Source: Elsinoe ampelina
Taxonomy: Eukaryota
DNA length: 64,000 nt
Reading direction: 5' to 3'
NCBI GenBank assembly: GCA_010093995.1
Contig: ML992502.1
Location: forward strand, 1,458,635-1,522,634
Part shown: piece by piece, positions 1-12,161 of the stretch
How the letters are laid out: each line of letters starts with the position of its first letter
Position numbering within the stretch: the stretch's first letter is position 1
Program-made: the position numbers and the translations under genes
Notes under the pieces: model-generated
What the model was told of the DNA's origin: nothing
The model's input: the letters and a program-made list of their open reading frames with translations, nothing else
Databases searched by the model: none

Positions 1-8
1 TATTCTAG

Positions 9-491
9 AAAAGGGACAAATTTGAACTTTTGTTTGTTAAGAAATTCAGACTCGATTTTGCCAAGGAAATCCCAGCCCTTTTGCAACAGAGAATATCGGC
101 GAAACCCGAATGGCCTTCTCCAGCTCGAGCTGTATGGCAACCATGGAAACCATACGATTGGACCCATCGACTGCCAACGCAATGGGAGGGGTACAAGAAC
201 AGGCATGACGGTAGTCTGATCTTCCTGGATCGTGGACGAGGGGTCATGAGACATACGCACCCGGTACATGGCTTCTATACCGAAGGACTTCCACCGCAGT
301 GGGAGGCTCTTCTAGACGCGAACAAAGTCGTGTACTACCAGAACCACGAGACAAAGACGACCTCGAGTGCCATGCCGCATGGATTCAAGTGGCATCCTGA
401 CATTGGGTTCATCCCACTTGACCCAAATAGCAGGAGAGATATGAAGTGTGACAGGAAAATGGTAGAGACCGTCTTTCATCCTAAGCTGTGA
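9..491 (+). CDS. 3' exon of a protein with two WW-like domains (5' part outside window)
   Basis: LPTQWEGYKNRHDGSLIFLD...HTHP and LPPQWEALLDANKVVYYQNHETKTTSSAMP resemble WW repeats; probable acceptor TTCTAG at 3-8; stop TGA 489-491. Confidence 0.6.
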   Translation, partial: KRDKFELLFVKKFRLDFAKEIPALLQQRISAKPEWPSPARAVWQPWKPYDWTHRLPTQWEGYKNRHDGSLIFLDRGRGVMRHTHPVHGFYTEGLPPQWEALLDANKVVYYQNHETKTTSSAMPHGFKWHPDIGFIPLDPNSRRDMKCDRKMVETVFHPKL

Positions 492-864
492 GTAAAGAAG
501 AGCAAGGCAAGGGTCCTTACGGAACATCTCACAGCCGGCATCCGACGACGGCTGTGGGTGCCGAAATATCCGTGATAGAGAAGACCCACCACTCAGGGGC
601 CTCAACTCTTGTTGCATTTCTGCCTGGTCGATTCCCATTTGCCTATGCCAGCAGTCTTATAGACGGGAGATGGGAGAATAAGCACTAAGACAAGACGATC
701 TTAAGCTTAGCCCAGTCGGGCAGTCGTAATAGCTTCAGCTTCATGGTCTACTATAGAAGTTTAAGCTGTATCCATAATTTAATCGATGAAGATTATTAAG
801 ACGGTGAACAGCCATACGTGCTTGCACAATCCAAACTTGAAGTTGTGTCAAATCCACTACGACC

Positions 865-2700
865 ATGCCAGGCCGGACATCTTCCATCGAAGCCGAGGAG
901 TACGACTTCATCATTGTCGGAGCGGGCTCGGCTGCATGCTTGATCACATCACGGCTCTCGCAGCGGCTGCCTGATCACCGCATCTTGGTAGTCGAAGCCG
1001 GCGAGCATATCCAGAATGACCCAAACATCCAAACACCCGGTCTCTTCTCGACCTTGTATGCGAATCCTGCTTATGACTGGGACTATTCTTCAGCATCTGA
1101 GCCAGGGCTGAATGGCAGAAAACTGAAGCATCCACGAGGAAGGCTAGTGGGAGGGACCAGTGCGATTAACAGCCACAGCGTTTGCTTCCCAAATACGGAG
1201 TGGCAAGATCGTGTAGCGGAACTGCTGCCAGAGTCTGGAAGGGCGGAATGGAGCTCGCAAGGCATGAAGGACTGCTATAGCAGGTGGCAGAGCATCAGCT
1301 CTGGATTGACAGGGATTGGATCTGATGGAGATTCGGACCGTGTACGAACGTCCTATCCTCGATCCATGGACTTTCTTCAGAAGCGGTGGGTCAAGATCTT
1401 TGAGAATATGGGCCATGCCGCATGTGCTCAAGGTTTTGCCGAAAGCTCTGCGGGAGCATTGACAATCACCAATGCGGTCGACTCATCGATAGGCGAACGC
1501 AGCCACGCGGCTACAGCATTTATGGAGCCTGCGTTGAAGCGAGGCAATGTGATATTGAAGACTGGCGTGAAGGTCAACAAGATTTTGTTTGAGGAGACGC
1601 CGACTAGTGAGGGCAAGCTGGTCGCCAGCGGAGTCCACTATACCTACCAGGACGCGGAGCACCATGTCAAAGCTAAGCAGGTCATCATCTGCACGGGTGT
1701 CTTTGAATCTCCTGCAATCCTGGAGAGATCAGGTATCGGATCCAAGGACGTTCTCACGGCTGCAGGGATACCACTGCGGTACGAGCTGCCTGGAGTTGGC
1801 GAGAATCTGCAAGATCACCTGAATTGCGGTCTGTCACGCGAAGTGCTTGACGATGTTCCTACCCATGATAATGCGCTGCTGAACGATGCAATCAAGAACG
1901 CCGAGAAGCTGGAGTACGAACTGAGTCGCACTGGTGTGCTGTCGGAAGGTGCAGCCTACAGCTTCGCCTTTACGCCACTTCAAATGCTGGAGACTGAACA
2001 GGAGACGCAGGAGCTACTTGCCGTGGTCGATGACAGCTTGAAGAAAGAGCAGGATTCGAAGTTGCAGACTCAGTATTCCGTCATCCGAAAGGCGCTCGAG
2101 AGCCCTCAAGAAGCAACATCTACCACGATCATGGTCCGTAACCAGCGTCATCGAGACCTGGAAGCGCTTCCCAAAGGCACACCAAGACTCGTCGATGCCA
2201 ATTTCGTGACGGTCGTTGCCATGTTGGCTCATCCATTCTCGCGCGGGAGCAGCCACATATGTCCAGACTCACCACACCAATCCGACATAAAGTTCAACTA
2301 CCTCTCCCATCCTCTTGACACAGAGGTCTTTGCCCGCCATATGCGGTGGATTGAGAGGCTGTTTGACCAGCCCTCCTTCGCTGCCTTGTTGAAGCCAAAC
2401 GGCAAGCGATTGCCACGGAGCTATCCTCACCCCATCACAACGCTCGAGGACGCGAGGAAACTACTCCCGGTCAGCGCAGCCACAAACTACCACCCGTGCG
2501 GCACGTGTTCAATGATGAGGGAGGACTTGGGAGGCGTGGTTGATGAACAGTTGAGAGTGTACGGTACCGAGAACGTGCGGGTCTGCGATGCCAGTGTCTT
2601 GCCAATCATCCCACGGGGCAATATTTTGACCGCGGTCTACGCTTACGCCGAAAAAGCGGCCAAGCTGGTCTGCAGAGAAACTAGCCTCTCGAGGAGTTAG
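865..2700 (+). CDS. GMC oxidoreductase (AA3-like FAD-dependent alcohol oxidase/dehydrogenase)
   Basis: 611 aa ORF; YDFIIVGAGSAA FAD motif, RGRLVGGTSAIN, GVGENLQDH, NYHPCGTCSM, VVDEQLRVYGTENVRVCDAS. Confidence 0.95.
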   Translation: MPGRTSSIEAEEYDFIIVGAGSAACLITSRLSQRLPDHRILVVEAGEHIQNDPNIQTPGLFSTLYANPAYDWDYSSASEPGLNGRKLKHPRGRLVGGTSAINSHSVCFPNTEWQDRVAELLPESGRAEWSSQGMKDCYSRWQSISSGLTGIGSDGDSDRVRTSYPRSMDFLQKRWVKIFENMGHAACAQGFAESSAGALTITNAVDSSIGERSHAATAFMEPALKRGNVILKTGVKVNKILFEETPTSEGKLVASGVHYTYQDAEHHVKAKQVIICTGVFESPAILERSGIGSKDVLTAAGIPLRYELPGVGENLQDHLNCGLSREVLDDVPTHDNALLNDAIKNAEKLEYELSRTGVLSEGAAYSFAFTPLQMLETEQETQELLAVVDDSLKKEQDSKLQTQYSVIRKALESPQEATSTTIMVRNQRHRDLEALPKGTPRLVDANFVTVVAMLAHPFSRGSSHICPDSPHQSDIKFNYLSHPLDTEVFARHMRWIERLFDQPSFAALLKPNGKRLPRSYPHPITTLEDARKLLPVSAATNYHPCGTCSMMREDLGGVVDEQLRVYGTENVRVCDASVLPIIPRGNILTAVYAYAEKAAKLVCRETSLSRS

Positions 2701-3992
2701 GGCCATATCGAGATGTGAGACATGCTTGTTGAGTTCCAGAACTGCCGTAGATACTTGTCAGCAGGATTCATTACTGATTGACCCGCGGCTTGATGAGTTG
2801 AGGTGTTTTGTCGTCGTGCTTGTCGTTCTTTCCGCCGTCGCCGTCGCCGTCGGATCCCACACAGGCCGGCACAAAGTGCCAGAAAACAGGGGGTGACGCG
2901 CGCGTTGTGATGATGACTTGGTTAATGCCTGTCTGTCTCCCTGCGTGCTGCAGTAAAGGCGGTATGCCGGCAGCTTTTGGGACTTGCAGCGAGCTAAGTT
3001 TGGCCACATGAGTACAGTAAAATAGTGCATCGGGGGCAGACACGTTTGCCGATCTTCCAGTCTCATGGGCTCAACAATCGCATGCACCCCAAGCTCAGAC
3101 CCCGGAGATGCGCTTGCGTGGCAAAGCAACCGGCGAGAACATGTGTGGAGAGCTTAATTTGGATTTTGGTTGACGAGACAGAAAATTTTTTGTGCGGTAC
3201 ATAACGGAAGTCAGGCCGGCTACTGCAGCTAGTCCCTTAGTCATGCGGCTAATATAACTCTGCATCCCTGGCGTGGCCAAGTCTTCGTGCCTCGGATCTT
3301 TCTGCTTCTGACCATTGTATTCTCCATCCAAGCAACGCGTCTTCATCGAGCCCAAAGCCTTTACGGTATAGGGAGTGAGTCTTGCTTTAGAAAGAGCAGT
3401 ACCTGACCTCGCAGCATATACGCAACAATGCTTGCCGCCGCAGGGTGTCGTTGACAGCAGAGGTGCCTGCACCCGCTATGACCTGGTATGGCCGATCACG
3501 GACGATCCTTCAGCTCGCAACTACCCAAGGAATAAGCCACAATATTGAGCCTCGCAGGGCGGTTGGACCACAGCACTCCAACCACGACTTCCAGAAGTGA
3601 TGGTCGTCGATTCTTTTAGACTTCTGGGTCATCCGTATTAGGACGCGACCTGGTCACAAACAGGCAAGTCCCATTCACTTTCAGAACCTCGAAGCCCCTT
3701 TCCACGTTGTGCGATCCCCACAAGATCACCAAGGTTCACACTAAGACTGATCCACTGCGACCCCGACCGCCGCGACACATGCGTAAAACGATCTGTTATG
3801 AGCTGCAGCCCGTCACTGTCCCTACAGCCTGTGCCTTTGGCTTTGGGGAGGTTTCGGGCATGGCGAAGCCCATAAGCCACTGCCCGAGGACGGGGGATAT
3901 AAGGCGAGGCCTTCTCGCCGCAAGGTTGTTGTTCTGGTAGGCAAAAGACAATCTCTTCTTCCCTGAAGCCTTTCAATCGTATTCTGCCCATC

Positions 3993-5558
3993 ATGCAGCT
4001 CGTCAACTTCCTTATCACTTTACCCCTAGTCTCCGCAGCCATCCTCGACGCGAGGCAAGCCCCATCATGCGGTGTCGCCGGCTACGACAGGAACACAAAG
4101 GCCTACTTCTACCAGAAGAGCGCCAGTCTCGCCACTGTTTCCGCGTGCGGCGCCAAATGCATCTCTGAGAAGACATGCAACAGCTTTGCTGTCGGTGATG
4201 GCGCTTGCTTGCTCTACAACGTCGCTGTGTAAGTCACATCAAAGAGATTCGGCTTCTCAGGACACTAACGAAGCTTCAGATCGGGAAATGTCAGATCCGA
4301 CAGCACAAGTCCCTTCCGCTTCTACGACAGGTCATGTGCTCAGCCTGCCACAACGACTACTCGCTCTACGACCCCTGCCACAACTCCGTCAACCACCCCT
4401 GCTACAACTCCATCAACAACCCCGTCGACCACACCGTCAACTACACCATCTACCACACCTGCTACAACCCCCTCTACGACCCCTTCTGCAATCACCACTA
4501 CTCCTGCTGTAATCACCACTACTCCTTCAACGACACCATCCACGACGGCATCCACTACCGCTTCAACTACTCCTGCAACTACGCCTTCAACAACGCCCTC
4601 TACCACCGCCTCTGCCGCACCTTCCTGCGGCCTGGTCGGTTACGACAGGAACCGACCGAATGCGTACGGAGTAAATAACAAGAACATCGGGCTTGCTGCA
4701 TGCTCTGCTCTGTGTGATCAGGCCACAACTTGCAGGACCTTTGCATACGGCCAGAGGACCTGTTTCCTATACACTTCGACACTGCCTGCTAACTTCCGTG
4801 CGGATCCCACCTCACCTTACAAGTTCTACTCGAAGGGCTGCCCGGTAGCCCCAACGACTACTCCAGCCACCACTCCTTCGACTACTCCAGCCACCACGCC
4901 ATCGACCACGCCCTCCACAACACCATCGACCACCCCCTCCACTACACCGTCGACCACCCCTTCCACTACACCTTCGACCACTCCTTCGACCACACCTTCC
5001 ACTACTCCTTCGACCACTCCTTCGACCACTCCCTCAACCACGACCACCACAACCACAACCACAACCACGACGACGACTACTACCACAACTACTACCACCA
5101 CAACTACCACAACTACCACAACCACGTCTTCTGCACCGACCCCCGTAGTCACACAGTGTACTTCCGCCCAATACACCTACTGCAACAGCAACCTCGGCAG
5201 CGGCGTAGGAGGCTGCTTTTGCAGTCCCGACGTCGAGTCTGGCCGCGCAATCTGTGGAAGCGCCGCTACTTGCACTAATCCTGGCCAACCTGCCATCTGC
5301 CAGACAGATGCAGACTGCGTAAACGGTAACCACGGACAGAGATGCACGTATGACGGAGAACAACTCGGCTGCAGTGAGAACAGGGTTTGTTTGGAAACCA
5401 GTGGTTGCCAACAGGATCCTCCGCAGAGAAGGGCGAGGAGGGAGATTGAGGCCGTCTTTGAGAAGCGCGAGATGCGAAAGTTGACGGCTCGGGCGCACAG
5501 GGAAGTGACGGTCGAGATTGTCGGTGACAAGAAGGTGTTCAGGCCTAGTACCGAGTGA
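3993..5558 (+). CDS. Secreted protein: two PAN/apple-like Cys domains, Thr/Pro/Ser mucin-like linkers, C-terminal Cys-rich domain
   Basis: Signal peptide MQLVNFLITLPLVSA; intron 4229-4279 (GTAAGT..CTAAC..CAG) opens a frame running to TGA 5556-5558; repeated unit SCG[VL][AV]GYDRN...C...C...C..FA.G...C.LY...SP[FY].FY...C; TTPS/TTPA repeats. Confidence 0.85.
4340..5125 (+). repeat. Coding low-complexity repeats (TTPS/TTPA 12-bp units, poly-Thr ACC/ACT), at about 4345-4615 and 4850-5125
   Basis: Tandem ACCACNCCNTCN units within the secreted protein gene. Confidence 0.85.
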
Positions 5559-6039
5559 GTGGATGTGTGGCAGGGTATGGTTGTTTCGTGAGATGCATGA
5601 GAATGATTATCCGGGATAATGGTCTTCTGTTGAGCAAAACACCTCTATAGTCACAACAACATGAACAAAAGTAATCACAAAGAACTTCCATGTTACTCTC
5701 GACCATATTCCCCTATAATACATGGCGTCTTTTGCGCGTGCCACAACCATTACATCCAGCTCGCACAAACAGCCCTGAAGGGTCTGCCATTCCGACTAAC
5801 ACGACCAAAACGAATTCTCGAATGTACAGGAATATGATTGATTATTCATTCTACAATTACACTGACAACCAGGTTTCCTCTTGCCCCAAAATCCCCGATG
5901 CACTAATTACGCTGACTCACTGGCCCCTCCCACGCCCTTCCTCTCCCCCCATCTCCGACCCCCGAAACCCTCACAACCACCCCCTAAACCAAACGCCCCA
6001 CATTCCCCCAAAGACAATACTCTCAATCAGCAGCGGCCG

Positions 6040-8472
6040 TCATGGTCTCCCGTCATCTAGAATATTTCCAAAGATTCCCAACCGATCCGCAGACCAGTCA
6101 AAGCAAGTTTTGTTCATTAGTTTGCAATCAGCAAAGACACAATCTCGGACGATATCCTCATTGATGTGTGTAGAACCCGTGCACTTGGATGGGAGAGAAA
6201 GGCCGAGAGAAGGGGGGAGTGGAGGGGATTATATACTGCATTTGGTAGGATGGGAGGATATTAGCAGGGGAGGGATGGGGCGGAACAAGGATGAGGGGGT
6301 GAGTCATTAGGCCGGCCATGTGTGCATGAGATGGACGTGGAGTCATAGAGTGAGTATCTGGGTGACTTTGATTGATTGATGCTGTGGAAGACAGGAGACT
6401 AGACTTCGACGCATTGGTAGACTTTCTTGCCGACTGTGATGGTCGTCTTACCGCCGGCTGGGGAGGTGTCCTTGGTGTCTGATCCAGGAGTGGTGCCTGC
6501 GCCGGACGCCGAGCCTGAGCTTGTATCTGTGTTCGCTGAATCGCTGCCGTCCGATTCACTCCCAGAACCGGATGAGGAGTCGGACGAGGAGTCGGATGAG
6601 GAGTCTGAAGAGGAGTCACCTGTGCCGGTGCTACCTCCGGAACCAGTGCTGCCAGTACCGGAGCCACCAGTGCCTGAGCCTGAGCCGCTGTCGCTGGTGC
6701 TGCCGGTATCGGTGCTTCCTGTACCGGCGCTGCCTGTGTCGGTGCTTCCACTACCAGAGCTTCCACTACCAGAACTTCCACTGCTTCCACTCCCAGAGCT
6801 GCCACTCCCAGAGCCCGCACTTCCCCCAGCACCACCACTCGCCGTCCCATTCCCCTTCGGCTTCGGCTCCGCGGTATCAAAACTCTGATAATCCACCGCC
6901 CAATCCGTAGTGCCCCCAAAGTTCAACCCCCTCCACTTCTCCGTCCTGCTATTCTTGACCCCCGTATCCATGTACCCCAACCACCAATTCCCAATCACCG
7001 CAATCTTGGTGTCGCTCTGCGCATCATACAGCCTCCTCGTCCTCGTCCCATTGGCTTCGGCGGCCGCGAACTCCCTCTCCAACTCTGCCTCGGCGATAAC
7101 GCCGCGTTCTTGTGTGCACTGCCCGATAGGTTGCGTGGCGTTGATGGTGTACCTACAGCTCGGACCGGTGCAGGTGGGATCGATCATGCTGAACCCTCTG
7201 GCGTAGGACGTGACGCCGACAATGACCTTGTTGCTCTGCGCGCCGGCCTTGGTGACCAGAGCAAGAGACTCGAGCGTCTCGGTCATGTTGATCATGCTGC
7301 GGAGACAGTCGCCGTTGGGGCAGCCGGCTTGAGACCACTTGCTTCCGTAATCGAAGAGACCATGGTAGTCGTAGGTCATGAAGACGATGTAGTCTACCAC
7401 TTCGGAAATGGGACCGACGGGGAAGCTTTGCAGGTAATGGTAGCCGGCGGGCATGGCGACGGACACGGACTTGGTGGAGAGTTTGGATTTGAGAAGCTTG
7501 AGGAAGGCGAGATAGTTGGTGCCTTCGTCTGCGCCGCCAGGGGGGATGTTGGGCATGTCGGGGGCGCCGGGATATTCCCAGTCGATGTCGACGCCGTCGA
7601 GACCGTGGAGGTTGATGAAGTCGGCGATTTTGCTGGCGGCTGTTTCGCGGTTCTCGGGCTTGACCATGTCGCGGAAGATTTGGTAGGTGGCGGGCTCGGT
7701 GGAGAAGGTCCAGCCTCCGAAGGTGAGGATGCGCTTGTGCTTCTTCATGCCCTTGAAGCGCTCAAATTGTGAAGTGATGGCGGAGATATTGACCTCGAAG
7801 GAAGGAGTGAGAAGGGCAAAGGAGTAGTGAATGTGGTTGTATCGGACTTGAGAGATTTCAGTCACGTCCATGTTCAAGCAAGGACGTTTGGCATTGTCGC
7901 CCTGGAAGTATGCGATTTTCCTGAATGATGCAGGAGCTACATTGTTGTTGGTGATGTTGGTACCGCAGTTGGAAATGCATCCGCTGGTTCCAGGTGCAGC
8001 GCCCGCTGGTGGCAAGGTGCAGTGCTCCGGTGTGATTCCGCAGTATCCAAAAGCACTGCAGCAAGCGTTCAGTGGGCATGGGTTGAGATCCTCGAGCTTC
8101 TGACCAGGCTTGAGTACTGAACCCGCCATGAGCGGACCGCATACAGTGCCAGGTACAGAAGCTGGTAGTGGTGGCTGACCCGGACTGACACACATGTTGA
8201 TGCCAGCCTGGAGGCCACTACATCCGAGCCATCTACCAAATGTGAGAATGTGATCCCTCAAAGTTCCACAACTGTACTTACCCCCATGTGTCCTTGTTGT
8301 ACGTCTCCAGTTGAGCTACGGTCACATTGGACCTCCCAGAGATTGCTCCGCAAGAGTCACCTGGTACGACCTTGTAGACACTGCATGCGGTGCTATTGAC
8401 CTGTCGAGGGTACAACGTGGTCGCTGTAGCAGATGTAGCTAGCACCGCTAGGGATGCCAGAGAGATGAGCAT
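6040..8472 (-). CDS. GH18 chitinase with LysM and CBM18 (hevein) domains (subgroup C, killer-toxin-alpha-like), with Gly/Ser-rich tail
   Basis: Signal peptide from ATG 8472; intron 8233-8281; LysM YKVVPGDSCGAISGRSNVTVAQLETYN; CBM18 CPLNACCSAFGYCGITPEHC; catalytic DGVDIDWEYPG. The 3' end is either stop 6399 or, via an unconfirmed intron, a Cys-containing exon ending 6040. Confidence 0.92.
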
Positions 8473-9375
8473 AACTAATTAAATGAATGACTATGACATT
8501 AATTGAAATGATGACTGTAGGCAAGACAAGGTAAATGGAGACTACGTTGCCACATAAGTAGCGAAAGGCTCTAGATATAGAGGTAGAGCACCTCGAGAAC
8601 AGGCTATGAATACGACTTGCAATCTCAGTAGAGTTCAAGGAAATACTGACACAGATCCATGCTGAGTCCTAGGAAGCAGGAGTCCAAACGTGGGGCTCCA
8701 ATACAGGGCTAGTCGCGTTTGACTGGTAGGGTCCTCAAAGCAAGCAGACAGAAGTAGCAGAGTTTTGGCTGGGTACGTTGCGACCCTGGTCAATATAGTT
8801 AGGGCTTGTCTGTTGTGCCTGAAGGTGAAGCAAGGAGGTTTTGTCGACTGGTTGAACATTCGGGAGTGTTTACAAAATGACAACCACGGCGAAATCAGGA
8901 TCTAAGAAAAGATCAGATGTTACAGCGAAGAGACATACTTATGTCAGTCCTACCACAGTCTATCAAGGTGATAGGACCTTGATAATTGTAGCAGACGTGG
9001 TGGATAGGAGAAGCTCACGAGACGGACTCAGTCTGAATCCACCAAGCGGAATCGACCTGACCGACTCCGACATGCGAACCCTGATCGGTGACGAAGTTTA
9101 GGCAAATGAATACATCAGAGCTTGAGACAGACCAGGAGCGGGCTTGACCTCAATCTATTTAGGGTACAGACTCGAGACTGGAGAAGGAAGTGGAGAGAAT
9201 CCAAAGAGGACATCCTAAGAACACCTCACCGCCGCAACCACCTCGGCCCGACTCTCCGCTCCACCTCCGCCACGATCCACCGCGGACAGGTTCCGTTCCC
9301 TGCGAATTTTCGACAACCAACATCCATCTCGGTCAACTCTCCGACTCCAGCAATGAGGGACCACCCTCCCACACC

Positions 9376-10428
9376 ATGCCAGGACTAGAGCTTTCCAGCA
9401 ACTGGAAAAAGCTCCAATCCAGCATCACAAGCAATGACACCAAAACCCCCACCACCACCACCACCACGACCAGCCTCAAACGCAAACGTCCCTCCCACCC
9501 CAAACCCTCCTCTCTCCCCTCGAAACGCCCAAAAATGACCAACCCCCCACCACCTGACCCAGCCCTCACCTCCCCAATCCTAGACATCACCTCCCCTCCC
9601 CCTCCCTCCAGCCTCAACTGCGGCCCCACCCCCTCCCCGGCAGGCCGCTACCTCGCCCTCGACTGCGAAATGGTCTCCACCCGTCTCCACAGCCACTCCC
9701 TCGCCCGGGTCTCCGTCACCAACTACCACCACGCGATCCTCTACGACAGCTTCGTCCTCCCGCTCGCCTCGGATCCCGTGACCGACTACCGCACCCACGT
9801 CTCCGGCGTGACCGAGTGGCATCTCCGCAAGGGGTACGCGAGGCCGTTGGACGAGGTGCGCGCTGCGGTGGCGGGGCTGATGCGGGGTCGGGTGCTGGTG
9901 GGCCATGCGTTGGGGAATGATCTCAAGGTGCTTGGGCTGGATCATCCCGGGTATGCGGTTAGGGATACGGCGAGGTATAAGGGGTATAAGGTGTATGCTG
10001 GGGGGAGGACGCCGGGGTTGAAGACGTTGGCGAGGGAGGTGTTGGGGGTGAGGGTGCAGGAGGGGAGACATGATAGTGTGGTTGATGCGAGGGTGGCGAT
10101 GGAGTTGTTTAGGAGGGAGAAGGGGGGGATGGAGGGGGAGGTGAGGAGGAGGTTTGGGGGGTTGGTGGAGAGGGTGGGGAGGGAGGTCGTGAAGGGGAAG
10201 GTGGGGCGGGGGGAGAAGGTCAAGGAGAGTCGGGCGAAAGAGGAGGAGGATGGGGAGGACAGTGATGTGGAAGGGTCGCAGTTGTTGGATGGGGAGAGTG
10301 AAGACGGCGAAGACGGCGAAGGGGGAGGAGGGGAGGACGGGCAGGACAAGACGGAGGAGCTAGAGGCCGTGAAGAAGAAACGGAAGAAGAGAAAGAGGGG
10401 CCACAAGAGCCGGACGACACGAGCATGA
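9376..10428 (+). CDS. REX4: RNA exonuclease 4 (DEDDh 3'-5' exonuclease)
   Basis: LSSNWKKLQ N-terminus, YLALDCEMV, LARVS, LVGHALGNDLKVL, RDTA, HDSVVDARVAMELF, basic tail; likely start ATG 9376. Confidence 0.92.
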   Translation: MPGLELSSNWKKLQSSITSNDTKTPTTTTTTTSLKRKRPSHPKPSSLPSKRPKMTNPPPPDPALTSPILDITSPPPPSSLNCGPTPSPAGRYLALDCEMVSTRLHSHSLARVSVTNYHHAILYDSFVLPLASDPVTDYRTHVSGVTEWHLRKGYARPLDEVRAAVAGLMRGRVLVGHALGNDLKVLGLDHPGYAVRDTARYKGYKVYAGGRTPGLKTLAREVLGVRVQEGRHDSVVDARVAMELFRREKGGMEGEVRRRFGGLVERVGREVVKGKVGRGEKVKESRAKEEEDGEDSDVEGSQLLDGESEDGEDGEGGGGEDGQDKTEELEAVKKKRKKRKRGHKSRTTRA

Positions 10429-10671
10429 TGCTGGACACGCACATATCTGCATATCTGGTGTGGTGATTGATTGATCGATTTGAGATACCATCTGCGCCTT
10501 ATGACAGCGATCTGCAAAGGTAGAGGAACAACCGCTATCGAGTTGCAGACACCCTATACGGGTCCACCTAGTCTAGAAGGGTATAAAACCTCAGGTAAAC
10601 GCTTCAAGCAAATTCATGAAATATACTCGCTTGCTTTCATGTGTAGTCCTTCCATCACGGCTCTTCCGAGC

Positions 10672-12161
10672 TCATAGCGGTACATCCTCCATTACTTCCA
10701 ACGCTCCTTCTCTTGCAAATGTGATGATCACATCTCCCAGCGACTTTTGGAGGAATCCAGCCTCGCAGTAAGTGAAGTAGTATTCCCACTTTCTCTTGAA
10801 CAATTGTACGTCGTTCTCACTCATTCCTCGGTGTTCCCGTAGAAGAGCAGGCTTAATGTCCGAATCAAAGTTCTCGAAGAACTTTTCTTTCCATAGTCTG
10901 AGCGTCTTTGCGTAGTGAGGGCCGATGTTCTCGACTCCATCGGGGATGAGGGTTGCGTTTGAGCCCTCTTTCGCAGCATTCAGTAATTGCGTCACTGTCG
11001 GCAAGTGACCACCAGGGAAGATGTAGCGCCGGATAAAGTCGTCCGATTTGCTGTATGCATCGTATCGCTAGTGACCGTCAGTCCTGTCTAAGTTTTGGCT
11101 TCACTTTGGTCTTACATTCTCGGGCATAGTGATGCATTGAAACACCGCGATACCTCCATCCTTCTTGAGCAGCTTGTCGATGCATTCAAAGTATGTGCTC
11201 AGGAACTCTTTGCCTACCGCCTCCAGCATCTCGATGCTTACCACCTTGTCGTACTTGCCAGTATCTTTCGGAATCGGCAAAGCGCGGTAGTCGCAGAGCA
11301 GCACCTCGATGTTGTCCGTGAACCCAGCCTCTGCGATTCGCTCCTCGGCCAGCACTTTCTGCTCTTGCGACAGTGTCAAGCTTGTGACCCTGCATCCTGT
11401 CTTTCGCACGGCGGTAATGGCGAAGCTTCCCCAGCCAGTCCCGATCTCCAATACATGGTCGGTCGATTTTATTTTCGCGTTCTCCACGAATCGCATGAGC
11501 TTCCTCTCTTGCGCCTCTTCGTGTGTTTCCGTAGCACTTCTCGGGTCCGACTTTGGTGACCAGACTGGACACGAGTAGGTCATATCCTTGGACAGGAAGG
11601 CTTCAAACATGGCATTGGAGATGTCGTAGTGCGCCGCAATGTTTAAGCGCGCTGTGTGAAGCGTGTTTGTTCGCCGTAGGAAGCCAGCCAGCTTGTTGGC
11701 CAGGAGAGAGGTTGCAGTAGAGCCGTTTGAGAGGCTCTCGCGGTTGACGATGAAGAGCTGGAAGAACGAGGTCAGGTCGGGACAGGAAACCTCCCCGAGC
11801 ATGTAGCTCTCGGCGAAACCCTAGATCTGTCAGTTGCGCTCTCTGGTAGAATCTGAACTGCGCTCACCATGTCTGCGAAGAGCAAGAGCCTCGCCCAGAA
11901 GACATCTTTGTTCACTACGAGCTCAGTCACCGGGACCGAGTAGACCGTTCGTTGCGATTGCGGTATGGGCTTGAGCTTGTCCTGTCCGCATACAGTGATG
12001 GTACCGTCTACATCTGTGATTTTGAGCTGGCCAGTGGTGATCCTTTGCAGCAATGACAGTATCGTCGCCCGCGACAATGACAGAAAGCCCGGCCAGGCAA
12101 AGGAAGCTCCATAGCCAGCCAATGCCTGGATCGGCGCGGTCAGCGGGGTGGTGAGGCCCAT
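10672..12161 (-). CDS. Cyclopropane-fatty-acyl-phospholipid synthase-like SAM methyltransferase
   Basis: NIAAHYDISN, MTYSC, VLEIGTGWG, VSIEMLEAVG, YIFPGG, HYAKTLRLW, WEYYFTYCEAGF; introns 11821-11867 and 11068-11115. Confidence 0.92.

Noticed and set aside
4826..5176. Poly-Val/VVEG minus-strand ORFs and CRISPR-like periodicity
   Set aside because: Antisense shadow of Thr/Pro/Ser coding repeats; there are no unique spacers.
5690..6310. 206-aa plus-strand ORF between the secreted protein and the chitinase
   Set aside because: No recognisable domain; overlaps the probable chitinase 3' exon/UTR in antisense and a C/G-skewed tract.
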